From the sequence record SRR20825006_1517: a stretch of 20,000 nucleotides of DNA; one strand, 5' to 3'. Positions 9,397 through 16,996 of the stretch are shown here, in pieces; positions within the stretch are counted from its first letter, which is position 1, and each line of letters opens with the position of its first letter. The notes beneath the pieces were generated by a model. The model made no database searches, was not told where the DNA came from, and worked only from the letters and a program-made list of their open reading frames with translations. The position numbers and the translations under genes are program-made.

Positions 9397-9945
9397 TTAA
9401 GCTTTAACTCCTTCCAATGGTTGTGCCTCAGGGAAATCTACAGGAACTTTTGTTGTTCTATGGATATAGTTTGTGATCGTTTTATCCCCTACTAAAACTA
9501 TGGTGTCGATCAAATTTTCCTTGGTCCACCCAGCGGCAAAAAAATCAGCCACAACTTGCTCGTCTGTTGCGCCCCTATTTTCGGTAATATTCTTGGCCAA
9601 ACTCGCTAAAGCATCCAATTTTTCATTAAAAGAAGCCTTCCCAGCCCTTAATTCCAGGATTTGCTCATCTGTAAAGCCGTTCATTTTAGCAATGGCGGTG
9701 TGGGCGGATAAACAGTAAATACAGTTGTTAACTTGACTTACGGCCAAATTGACCGCTTCTTTTTCCTTGGCCTTCAATGAGGTTTTCGCATTGGAAAGGC
9801 TTAGATAATTACCCAATGCATTTTCTGAGTGTGCATACGTGGCGAAAAGATTTGGAACAAACCCCAGTGTTTTTTCCAGATTGTCAAAAATGGCCTGATT
9901 GACCGTGCTTACTTCTTCTCTTTTGGGTACATTGATTGTGCTCAT
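9397..9945 (-). CDS. Carboxymuconolactone decarboxylase / AhpD-like alkylhydroperoxidase family protein
   Basis: GFVPNL, EAVNLAVSQVNNCIYCLSAH (AhpD-type E..CxxC..H motif). Confidence 0.9.
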   Translation of the reverse strand: MSTINVPKREEVSTVNQAIFDNLEKTLGFVPNLFATYAHSENALGNYLSLSNAKTSLKAKEKEAVNLAVSQVNNCIYCLSAHTAIAKMNGFTDEQILELRAGKASFNEKLDALASLAKNITENRGATDEQVVADFFAAGWTKENLIDTIVLVGDKTITNYIHRTTKVPVDFPEAQPLEGVKA

Positions 9946-9972
9946 AATTGAATTTTTAATATGAATAATTGA

Positions 9973-10131
9973 TTAATACGTCTGTATAAAGGGTTGTTCT
10001 GCATCACAATAGAAATCGTGATGATACTTTTGCTCACAGTGTTCCGCAACCGTAGCTGTTTTTACTTCGGTTTTCTGTGATGTTCTAAAAATCTCAATGA
10101 GATTAAAAATTGATCTTTCTGTGGATTTCAT
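9973..10131 (-). CDS. Putative 52-aa small protein, not in the ORF track (MKSTERSIFNLIEIFRTSQKTEVKTATVAEHCEQKYHHDFYCDAEQPFIQTY)
   Basis: Hand translation ATG(10131) to TAA(9975-9973). A-rich start region, a -7-like element upstream, and the stop lies 27 nt before the AhpD/CMD start. Confidence 0.6.
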   Translation of the reverse strand: MKSTERSIFNLIEIFRTSQKTEVKTATVAEHCEQKYHHDFYCDAEQPFIQTY

Positions 10132-10158
10132 CTTTTATCTGTTTTTTTTATTACAGGG

Positions 10159-10224
10159 CAAAGATGCTCCGAAAAAGAGGGTGGGTGTTAGGAAGGATTT
10201 CCCGATGGCTTGACCAATTTTCCC
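10159..10224 (-). promoter_or_regulatory. Probable AraC-dependent promoter for the small ORF-AhpD operon
   Basis: Variant -7 element CATCTTTG (10166-10159); GGGAAA direct repeats at 10224-10219 and 10203-10198, 21 bp apart. Confidence 0.55.
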
Positions 10225-11073
10225 TTAGGCCATCAAAAAGAGGTTTTCACGGTATTCTGATGGGCTCATTTGTGTCATCTTCTTAAAAAAACGGCTAAAA
10301 TGCGTGGGGTCGGTGAACCCAAGCTCAAACGCAATTTCCTGATTTTGTTTATCGGTAAAATTGATGAGTCGTTTGGCCTCCAATGCGATTCGTTCCAGAA
10401 TAATTTGTTGTGGCGACTTCTGATTGTAAATGGCAAAAAGATTGGATAGTGTTTTGGGAGATTTGTGCAACAATTCAGCATAATCGCTCACCTTTCTCTT
10501 GGTTTTGAAGTTTAGGTCCACTAAAACATTGAATTTTCGGATGGTTTCGACTTGATCGTTCCCCAATGCTTTGACCATGAGCTGTTCTTTTGCCAATCGC
10601 GTGCTCATTATAATCATTCTTTTTAGTAGCATTTGAAGCATATCGCCCTGAATATTGTCGGGTGTTGAAAACTCTTCGATGAAAATATCGTGCAGCAAAT
10701 TAAACTTGTTCAACTGTTCTTTTGGAATAGTGATGATAGGGATATCCTGTGTTCCAAAAAACAAAATCCCATTACAGGAAACCTCGCTGTCATGATCGAA
10801 TATACAGTAAAACTCCCTATTGAAAAGTATGGCTGTAAGGGGCAATTGCATTTTGGAATAGGAAACGTGTTGTAAATATGTAACGGTAATAATCTGATTG
10901 GGCAAAAGTTCCAAATCCATTCCATCTATTTGAACCGTCAGGGGGCAATCGTTCCGGTTCCATAAAAATTTAATGGTTTTTGAGGTTGTGGAGAATCGTT
11001 CCTCATCATTTTTGATATCATCCGAAAATCCTAAAATGGCTCCTAACTTGGAATCCTTGTATTCGTATCTCAT
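10225..11073 (-). CDS. AraC-family transcriptional regulator
   Basis: C-terminal double HTH: VSDYAELLHKSPKTLS...EIAFELGFTDPTHFSRFFKKMTQMSPSEYR. Confidence 0.95.
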   Translation of the reverse strand: MRYEYKDSKLGAILGFSDDIKNDEERFSTTSKTIKFLWNRNDCPLTVQIDGMDLELLPNQIITVTYLQHVSYSKMQLPLTAILFNREFYCIFDHDSEVSCNGILFFGTQDIPIITIPKEQLNKFNLLHDIFIEEFSTPDNIQGDMLQMLLKRMIIMSTRLAKEQLMVKALGNDQVETIRKFNVLVDLNFKTKRKVSDYAELLHKSPKTLSNLFAIYNQKSPQQIILERIALEAKRLINFTDKQNQEIAFELGFTDPTHFSRFFKKMTQMSPSEYRENLFLMA

Positions 11074-11152
11074 TGGGAAGATTGTTCCGTTACAGAACGA
11101 TTAGTCCTTCTATTTCATTCATACTTACAGCCCAAAAGAATTAAAATCAAAC

Positions 11153-11183
11153 AAAAAAGCGCGCATCTTTGGATGCGCGCTTT
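11153..11183 (-). terminator. Rho-independent terminator of pyk
   Basis: 12-bp stem AAAGCGCGCATC/GATGCGCGCTTT with 4-nt loop; the A-run at 11153-11158 gives the U-tract on the minus strand. Confidence 0.9.
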
Positions 11184-11204
11184 CTATAAATCTGTTTTTT
11201 TATT

Positions 11205-12647
11205 TTAAAAATTACAGCTTTCTATCTCTGTTACCCTCAAGGTGTTCACCATACCTTTTTCTTTAATGGGCATGGCCGCCAAACTTACGAGCATATCGCC
11301 TACTTCCAAGAAACCTTTTTTACATGCTATCTGGTTTACATCCTCGATGGTCTGGTCAGTGGAGACAAACTTGTCGTAGTAAAATGCTTTTACTCCCCAT
11401 AAAAGGTTCAATTGGGTCAATATTCTTTTGTTCGATGTAAACACAAGGATATGTGCGGCTGGTCTCCAAGCGGAAATCTGGAAAGCCGTGTATCCACTAT
11501 TGGTCAATGTGGAAATAGCTTTTGCCGAGATTTCGTTTGCCATTAACGCGGCATGGTAACAAACGGATTTGGTAATATATCTTTTGGTACGTATGTGCGG
11601 TGGGGTTTGCGGTACCTTGATCAAACTGGAACTCTCGACACTTGAAACAATACTTGCCATTTTCTCGATAACCTGTACCGGATAGTTCCCAACAGATGTT
11701 TCTCCCGAGAGCATTACGGCATCGGCCCCGTCCATTACGGAGTTGGCAACGTCGTTCACCTCGGCACGGGTAGGGGTTAAACTGGTAATCATGGTCTCCA
11801 TCATCTGGGTAGCGATGATTACAGGAATTCTTCCCTTTTTGGCGCTCAACACCAATTGTTTCTGAACCAATGGGACCTCTTGCGCTGGAATTTCCACCCC
11901 AAGGTCGCCACGGGCCACCATAAGTCCATCGGAAGCTTTTACGATCTCATCGATGTTCTCCAGTGCTTCAGGTTTCTCAATCTTTGAAATCACGGGAATT
12001 TTGTGCTCTGTGTGCTGTTTTATCAAATCATGAAGATCGTATAGGTCCTGTGCATGACGCACAAATGACAATGCTATCCAATCAACATCTTGTCCAATCG
12101 CAAAAATGGCATCTTTGATATCCTTTTTTGTAAGGGCGGGGAGTGAGATGTTGGTATTGGGAAGGTTTACCCCTTTTTTGGATTTAAGCGGTCCTCCTTG
12201 TATCACCTTGGCCACTACCTCGTTATCCCCATTAGTGGATTTCACTTCAAAAATAAGCTTGCCATCGTCCAAAAGAATACGTTCCCCCGCTTTAACATCT
12301 TTGGGGAAGCTCTTGTAGTTCATGTAGACCCTTTCGGCGGTGCCCTCAAACGGTTCTCCCGTTACAAAGGTAACCTCATCACCTGGAGCAACTACGGCTT
12401 CACCGCCCATTACCCCAACTCTTAGTTTGGGGCCTTGTAGGTCGGCAAGTATGGCTATATTGACTTCCAATTCCTCATTAAGCTCCCTTATCATTTTAAT
12501 TCGCTCGGCAACATCTTCGTAGGCGGCGTGGGAAAAGTTTATTCTAAAAACATCTACTCCTGCATGGATCATTTCCCTTAGGGTCTCCTTTGTACTGGTG
12601 GCAGGTCCTAGGGTTGCTACAATTTTAGTCTTCTTTATAGTTGGCAT
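11205..12647 (-). CDS. pyk: Pyruvate kinase
   Basis: KTKIVATLGPA, RINFSH, DLQGPKLR, KIEKPEA, MVARGDLGVE, ATQM, PTRAEVNDV, MLSGETS. Confidence 0.98.
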   Translation of the reverse strand: MPTIKKTKIVATLGPATSTKETLREMIHAGVDVFRINFSHAAYEDVAERIKMIRELNEELEVNIAILADLQGPKLRVGVMGGEAVVAPGDEVTFVTGEPFEGTAERVYMNYKSFPKDVKAGERILLDDGKLIFEVKSTNGDNEVVAKVIQGGPLKSKKGVNLPNTNISLPALTKKDIKDAIFAIGQDVDWIALSFVRHAQDLYDLHDLIKQHTEHKIPVISKIEKPEALENIDEIVKASDGLMVARGDLGVEIPAQEVPLVQKQLVLSAKKGRIPVIIATQMMETMITSLTPTRAEVNDVANSVMDGADAVMLSGETSVGNYPVQVIEKMASIVSSVESSSLIKVPQTPPHIRTKRYITKSVCYHAALMANEISAKAISTLTNSGYTAFQISAWRPAAHILVFTSNKRILTQLNLLWGVKAFYYDKFVSTDQTIEDVNQIACKKGFLEVGDMLVSLAAMPIKEKGMVNTLRVTEIESCNF

Positions 12648-12649
12648 TT

Positions 12650-13120
12650 TTAAAAGATTAAATTTCTTTTTGATTTTAAATTCTGTGTATCCAAAGGATA
12701 TGCTGTTATCACTTTGGCTATGGTGTTGATCGATTTGATCTTTTTGAGAAACAACGCTTCATCTATCGTATCTACCTTTAAAAAATAATCTACTTCTTTT
12801 CGTTCTTTCACCAAATAGTCTGTTCTTCGGGAAATATTGTTATCAAATAACCCCACTGAAGGCATTTCTTCCTCAACTTCGCACTTGTTGGAAATCAGCG
12901 TCCAATACATCTCGCTCATCTCATCGTCCCAATCAAACACCGAAAAAGACATTTTTCCATCTAATTGAAGGTCTTTTTTCATCCGTTTTAGATACAGTCC
13001 ACAACTGGAATTTATGGCATAGGTGATGGCATAATCTTCCAAATTACTGTGAATGGCGATGAGCGAAAAGCTTTCATCGTACAAGTCCGCCGATATCTTA
13101 TGCGTCGTTAATATGCCCAT
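12650..13120 (-). CDS. IPExxxVDY-family protein (Bacteroidota, function unknown)
   Basis: N-terminal LIAIHSNLEDY, variant motif LVKERKEVDYFLKV, C-terminal LKSKRNLIF; 2 nt upstream of pyk. Confidence 0.8.
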   Translation of the reverse strand: MGILTTHKISADLYDESFSLIAIHSNLEDYAITYAINSSCGLYLKRMKKDLQLDGKMSFSVFDWDDEMSEMYWTLISNKCEVEEEMPSVGLFDNNISRRTDYLVKERKEVDYFLKVDTIDEALFLKKIKSINTIAKVITAYPLDTQNLKSKRNLIF

Positions 13121-13194
13121 AACACGAACCGTAAATATAGGCTTAATCCTATTGAATGCCTAGTCTATACAAAACAATACACTTATAAATCAAG

Positions 13195-13208
13195 CGAAAA
13201 CGTTTGAG
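13195..13208. promoter_or_regulatory. Candidate LacI-family operator
   Basis: CGAAAACGTTTGAG with central AAAC|GTTT palindrome, intergenic and upstream of the IPExxxVDY-pyk operon. Confidence 0.5.
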
Positions 13209-13225
13209 TTTACCATTATTTAAAG

Positions 13226-13963
13226 TTACTTGTTATCTATCCTACTTTGCAGTGCAAAATAGGCTCTCTTGGATGCCTTTTCTTCAGCTTTTTTCTTGGA
13301 TGTGGCCCTTGCCTTGGCGAGCATTCTATCTCCTATGGTCAGCTTTACCGCAAAGTGTTTGAGCTCATCGTTTCCGGTGTCCTCGTAAACATTGTAATTA
13401 AAGTGTTTCTTTTCTTTTTGGCACCATTCTATCACCAAGCTTTTATAGCTTATTACCTTGCCCTCCAACTGTTCTATATCGACGTAGGGCTCAATTACCC
13501 TCTCGTTGATGAATTTTTCGCAGTAATTGTACCCTCTATCCAAATAAATAGCTCCCACGAGTGCCTCGAAAACATTTCCATGTATATTGTCACCAAAATG
13601 GGCCTTGGGAATCCTGCTCTCAACATATTTGAGCAGACCGAGGTCCTTTCCCAATTCGTTCAGGTGCTTTCGGCTGACGACCTTGGAACGCATTTTAGTC
13701 AGGTACCCCTCGTCCCCTTCGGGCACTTCGTTGTACAGATGTTTTGAAATAATGGTACCCAGCATGGAGTCTCCCAGAAATTCCAATCGCTCGTAGTTCA
13801 CCGGATTGCCCTCATCGTCCTTTTTGTTCATGGAACGATGAAGAAAGGCTGTTTTGTAGATTTCAAGACTCTTGGGCTTAAATCCAAGTATTCTTTTCAT
13901 TCCCAAAAAAAAATCCCCATCCGAGCTTGGATGGGAATTGAATATTTTGGAAGTAAGTTTCAT
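13226..13963 (-). CDS. rnc: Ribonuclease III
   Basis: Signature NYERLEFLGDS, FEALVGAIYLD, C-terminal dsRBD (SKKKAEEKAS). Confidence 0.97.
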   Translation of the reverse strand: MKLTSKIFNSHPSSDGDFFLGMKRILGFKPKSLEIYKTAFLHRSMNKKDDEGNPVNYERLEFLGDSMLGTIISKHLYNEVPEGDEGYLTKMRSKVVSRKHLNELGKDLGLLKYVESRIPKAHFGDNIHGNVFEALVGAIYLDRGYNYCEKFINERVIEPYVDIEQLEGKVISYKSLVIEWCQKEKKHFNYNVYEDTGNDELKHFAVKLTIGDRMLAKARATSKKKAEEKASKRAYFALQSRIDNK

Positions 13964-13972
13964 GTTACAAAA

Positions 13973-15223
13973 CTACCCTATTTTTTTGAATAGTACGCAA
14001 GCGTTGTGTCCCCCAAAGCCAAATGTATTGCTCATGGCAACTTTCACTTCACGTTCTTGTGCCTTGTTCAAGGTCAAGTTAAGCGAAGGGTCTATTTGCT
14101 CGTCCACCACACTATGGTTAATAGTTGGAGGCACCAAACTATGTTCCATGGCCAGTATTGATGCGATGGCCTCGATTGCTCCGGCCGCTCCCAACAAGTG
14201 TCCTGTCATGGACTTGGTAGAATTGATGTTGATGTCCTTGGCATGATCCCCGAACACTTTGGAAATAGCTTTAAGCTCGGCCACGTCCCCAAGTGGTGTA
14301 GAGGTTCCATGCGTATTGATGGCATCAACGTCCTCTGGTTTCAATCCTGCGTTCTCCAAGCAGTTTTCCATCACTTTTATCACTCCGATGCCTTCTGGAT
14401 GAGGAGCGGTCATGTGGTGGGCGTCACTTGACAATCCCCCGCCCAAAACTTCTGCATATATTTTAGCGCCACGAGCTTTGGCGTGCTCATACTCTTCAAG
14501 TATCAGTGCTCCTCCACCTTCTCCCAGTACAAACCCGTCGCGCGTGGCATCGAATGGTCTGGAAGCGGTCTCTGGACTGTCGTTTCTGGTGGAAAGTGCA
14601 TGCATGGCATTAAACCCTCCCATACCTGCAATGGTAACGGCAGCTTCACTACCACCGGTCACGATGACATCGCAATGGCCCAACCTTATATAGTTGAGCG
14701 CATCGATCATGGCATTTGCCGATGATGCACAAGCAGAAACCGTAGTATAGTTAGGCCCCATAAATCCATGTTTTATGGAAATGTTGCCCGGTGCTATATC
14801 AGCAATCATTTTAGGTATAAAGAAAGGATTGAATCGTGGTGTACCATCGCCATTGGCATAATTGATCACCTCATTTTGAAAAGTTTCCAGTCCACCAATT
14901 CCGGCCCCCCATACAACACCTACCCTAAACTTGTCCACAACGTTCAAGTCTATTCCAGAGTCTGCTATGGCTTCGTCGGAAGAGACTAAGGCATACTGGG
15001 CGAACCTATCCAACTTTCTGGCCTCTTTTCTATCAAAGAAGTCGTTTGGATCGTATCCTTTAAGCTCGCAAGCAAACTTTGTCTTAAATTTTTCGGTATC
15101 GAAATACGTAATGGGGGCAGAACCGCTCTTACCAGTCCGTAGTCCTTCCCAATAAGCTTCTAAATTGTTACCTATGGGGGTCAATGCTCCCATTCCGGTA
15201 ACTACAACTCGCTTTAACTGCAT
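13973..15223 (-). CDS. fabF: 3-oxoacyl-ACP synthase II
   Basis: RVVVTGMG, SACAS (catalytic Cys), NTHGTST, KSMTGHLLGAAG, SNTFGFGG. Start placed at MQLKR (15223), not 15274. Confidence 0.97.
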   Translation of the reverse strand: MQLKRVVVTGMGALTPIGNNLEAYWEGLRTGKSGSAPITYFDTEKFKTKFACELKGYDPNDFFDRKEARKLDRFAQYALVSSDEAIADSGIDLNVVDKFRVGVVWGAGIGGLETFQNEVINYANGDGTPRFNPFFIPKMIADIAPGNISIKHGFMGPNYTTVSACASSANAMIDALNYIRLGHCDVIVTGGSEAAVTIAGMGGFNAMHALSTRNDSPETASRPFDATRDGFVLGEGGGALILEEYEHAKARGAKIYAEVLGGGLSSDAHHMTAPHPEGIGVIKVMENCLENAGLKPEDVDAINTHGTSTPLGDVAELKAISKVFGDHAKDININSTKSMTGHLLGAAGAIEAIASILAMEHSLVPPTINHSVVDEQIDPSLNLTLNKAQEREVKVAMSNTFGFGGHNACVLFKKIG

Positions 15224-15258
15224 TGAACTATTTTTTTTACCCTTTAGACCTAAATTAT

Positions 15259-15300
15259 AAAAAAAATTATCCATGCGATAACCACCACATGGATAATTTT
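15259..15300 (-). terminator. Stem-loop with U-tract between acpP and fabF
   Basis: 13-bp inverted repeat AAAATTATCCATG (15263-15275) / CATGGATAATTTT (15288-15300); A8 at 15259-15266 gives U8 on the minus strand. Confidence 0.7.
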
Positions 15301-15325
15301 AAATCTTTAGCGATATATCATATAA

Positions 15326-15559
15326 TTACTTAGCTTCTTCGATGTAGCTAATGGCCTGACCAACAGTGGCGATGTTCTCTGCTTGGTCATCTGGTATTTG
15401 GATATCAAATTCTTTCTCAAACTCCATGATAAGTTCAACAGTGTCCAAGGAATCCGCTCCTAAGTCGTTGGTAAAGCTAGCTTCAGCTACAACTTCATTC
15501 TCATCTACACCTAGTTTATCAACGATGATAGCCTTTACTCTTGATGCAATGTCTGACAT
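15326..15559 (-). CDS. acpP: Acyl carrier protein
   Basis: [12 protein letters not shown] phosphopantetheine attachment motif; 77 aa, acidic. Confidence 0.98.
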   Translation of the reverse strand: MSDIASRVKAIIVDKLGVDENEVVAEASFTNDLGADSLDTVELIMEFEKEFDIQIPDDQAENIATVGQAISYIEEAK

Positions 15560-15592
15560 AATTATTGTGGTTTTAAAAATTTAAATCGTTGG

Positions 15593-15600
15593 CAAAAATA
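15593..15600 (-). promoter_or_regulatory. -7 promoter element of acpP-fabF-rnc
   Basis: TATTTTTG, an exact TAnnTTTG match 33 nt upstream of the acpP ATG. Confidence 0.65.
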
Positions 15601-15721
15601 TAAAACTTTGGATTAAATACACTATTTGTCGATAAAATGTGCTTTAAATTAATCGTCTTTAATTACTGTACCTTACTTTAGCCGACGTAATTTAGTCCAA
15701 AAACCTATCAATTCCTAACGA

Positions 15722-16285
15722 ATGAAACGAATTGTAATCTTCGCTTCGGGCAGTGGGTCCAATGCAGAAAATATTATATCATTTTTTCGTGAAAAACCCG
15801 AGGTAGCCGTTGCTGCTGTGCTTACCAACAAACAAACGGCAACAGTTCTTGACCGCTGCGAAAGGTTGAATGTACCTGCATTTTATTTTAATAATACTGC
15901 CTTTAGGGATTCGGATGCGGTTGTACATCTTTTGCAGGGACTCAACATAGATTTAATTGTACTTGCCGGCTTTCTTTGGAAGATTCCCTCCAACCTCATC
16001 GAAGCATTTCCGGATAAAATCATCAATATTCACCCCGCCCTGTTGCCCAAATACGGAGGAAAGGGAATGTACGGGGACAGGGTCCATCAAGCCGTAAAAG
16101 AAAACAAGGAATCCGAAACGGGCATCACCATACATTATGTAAACGAAAATTATGATGAGGGAGCCATCATCTTTCAAGCTAAAACCGATGTTGTTCCTTC
16201 AGATGATGCAAGTTCCATTGCCCAAAAAGTACATCTGCTCGAATATGAACATTTCCCGAAAGTAATAGAAAAACTATTGTCCTAA
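15722..16285 (+). CDS. purN: Phosphoribosylglycinamide formyltransferase
   Basis: FASGSGSN, LAGFL, INIHPALLPKYGG, GITIHYVNENYDEG. Confidence 0.96.
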   Translation: MKRIVIFASGSGSNAENIISFFREKPEVAVAAVLTNKQTATVLDRCERLNVPAFYFNNTAFRDSDAVVHLLQGLNIDLIVLAGFLWKIPSNLIEAFPDKIINIHPALLPKYGGKGMYGDRVHQAVKENKESETGITIHYVNENYDEGAIIFQAKTDVVPSDDASSIAQKVHLLEYEHFPKVIEKLLS

Positions 16286-16920
16286 TGGCCAAAAAGAAAA
16301 AGTTTTATGTCGTGTGGCAGGGCAAACATCCCGGCATTTTTGAGTCTTGGAAAGATTGTAAAGCTCAGATTGAGGGGTATAAAGGCGCCCAGTACAAATC
16401 CTTCGCCACTTTTGAAGAGGCCAAAAAAGCCTATAATGGCAACTACATGGACTACAAAGGGAAATCCAAGGGCAAAAGTGAACTTACTCCAGAAGAACTT
16501 CTAAAAATTGGAGACCCCAATTATAATTCCATTGCCGTGGATGCGGCATCGAGCGGAAATCCTGGCAGAATGGAGTATCGTGGTGTGGACACCAAAACCA
16601 AAAAGATGCTATTTCATCAAGGTCCTTTTGAACAGGGAACAAGCAACGTAGGGGAATTTCTGGCCCTAGTGCATGGACTGGCTTTTTTACAACAGAAAAA
16701 GAGCGATCGTATTTTGTATTCCGATTCCCGTATCGCCATTGGTTGGGTACGGAAGAAAAAATGCGGTACCAAACTGGTGAAGAATGCAAAAAATGCCCAG
16801 TTGTTCGAACTTATCGAGCGCGCGGAGAACTGGTTGAAAAAGAACCGTTTCAATACCCCGATCGTAAAGTGGGAGACCAAGGCATGGGGCGAAATCCCTG
16901 CCGATTTTGGCAGAAAATAA
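16285..16920 (+). CDS. rnhA: Ribonuclease HI with N-terminal hybrid-binding (viroplasmin-like) domain
   Basis: FYVVWQGKHPGIFESWKDC..YKSF N-domain; AVDAASSGNPG, NVGEF, YSDS, WETKAWGEIPADFGRK. TAATG overlap with purN. Confidence 0.92.
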   Translation: MAKKKKFYVVWQGKHPGIFESWKDCKAQIEGYKGAQYKSFATFEEAKKAYNGNYMDYKGKSKGKSELTPEELLKIGDPNYNSIAVDAASSGNPGRMEYRGVDTKTKKMLFHQGPFEQGTSNVGEFLALVHGLAFLQQKKSDRILYSDSRIAIGWVRKKKCGTKLVKNAKNAQLFELIERAENWLKKNRFNTPIVKWETKAWGEIPADFGRK

Positions 16921-16947
16921 ACCTTTGCACGAACAAAGCACCCATTA

Positions 16948-16980
16948 TTTGATAATTGGAACATCCATACCGTATATTTG
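16948..16980 (+). promoter_or_regulatory. Bacteroidota primary-sigma promoter (-33/-7) of the PfkB gene
   Basis: TTTG (16948-16951), 21-nt spacer, TATATTTG (16973-16980). Confidence 0.75.
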
Positions 16981-16996
16981 CACCAAAAATTAGGGA

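Noticed and set aside
15224..15274. 17-aa N-terminal extension of FabF
   Set aside because: That ATG lies inside the intergenic hairpin; FabF homology begins at MQLKRVVVTG.
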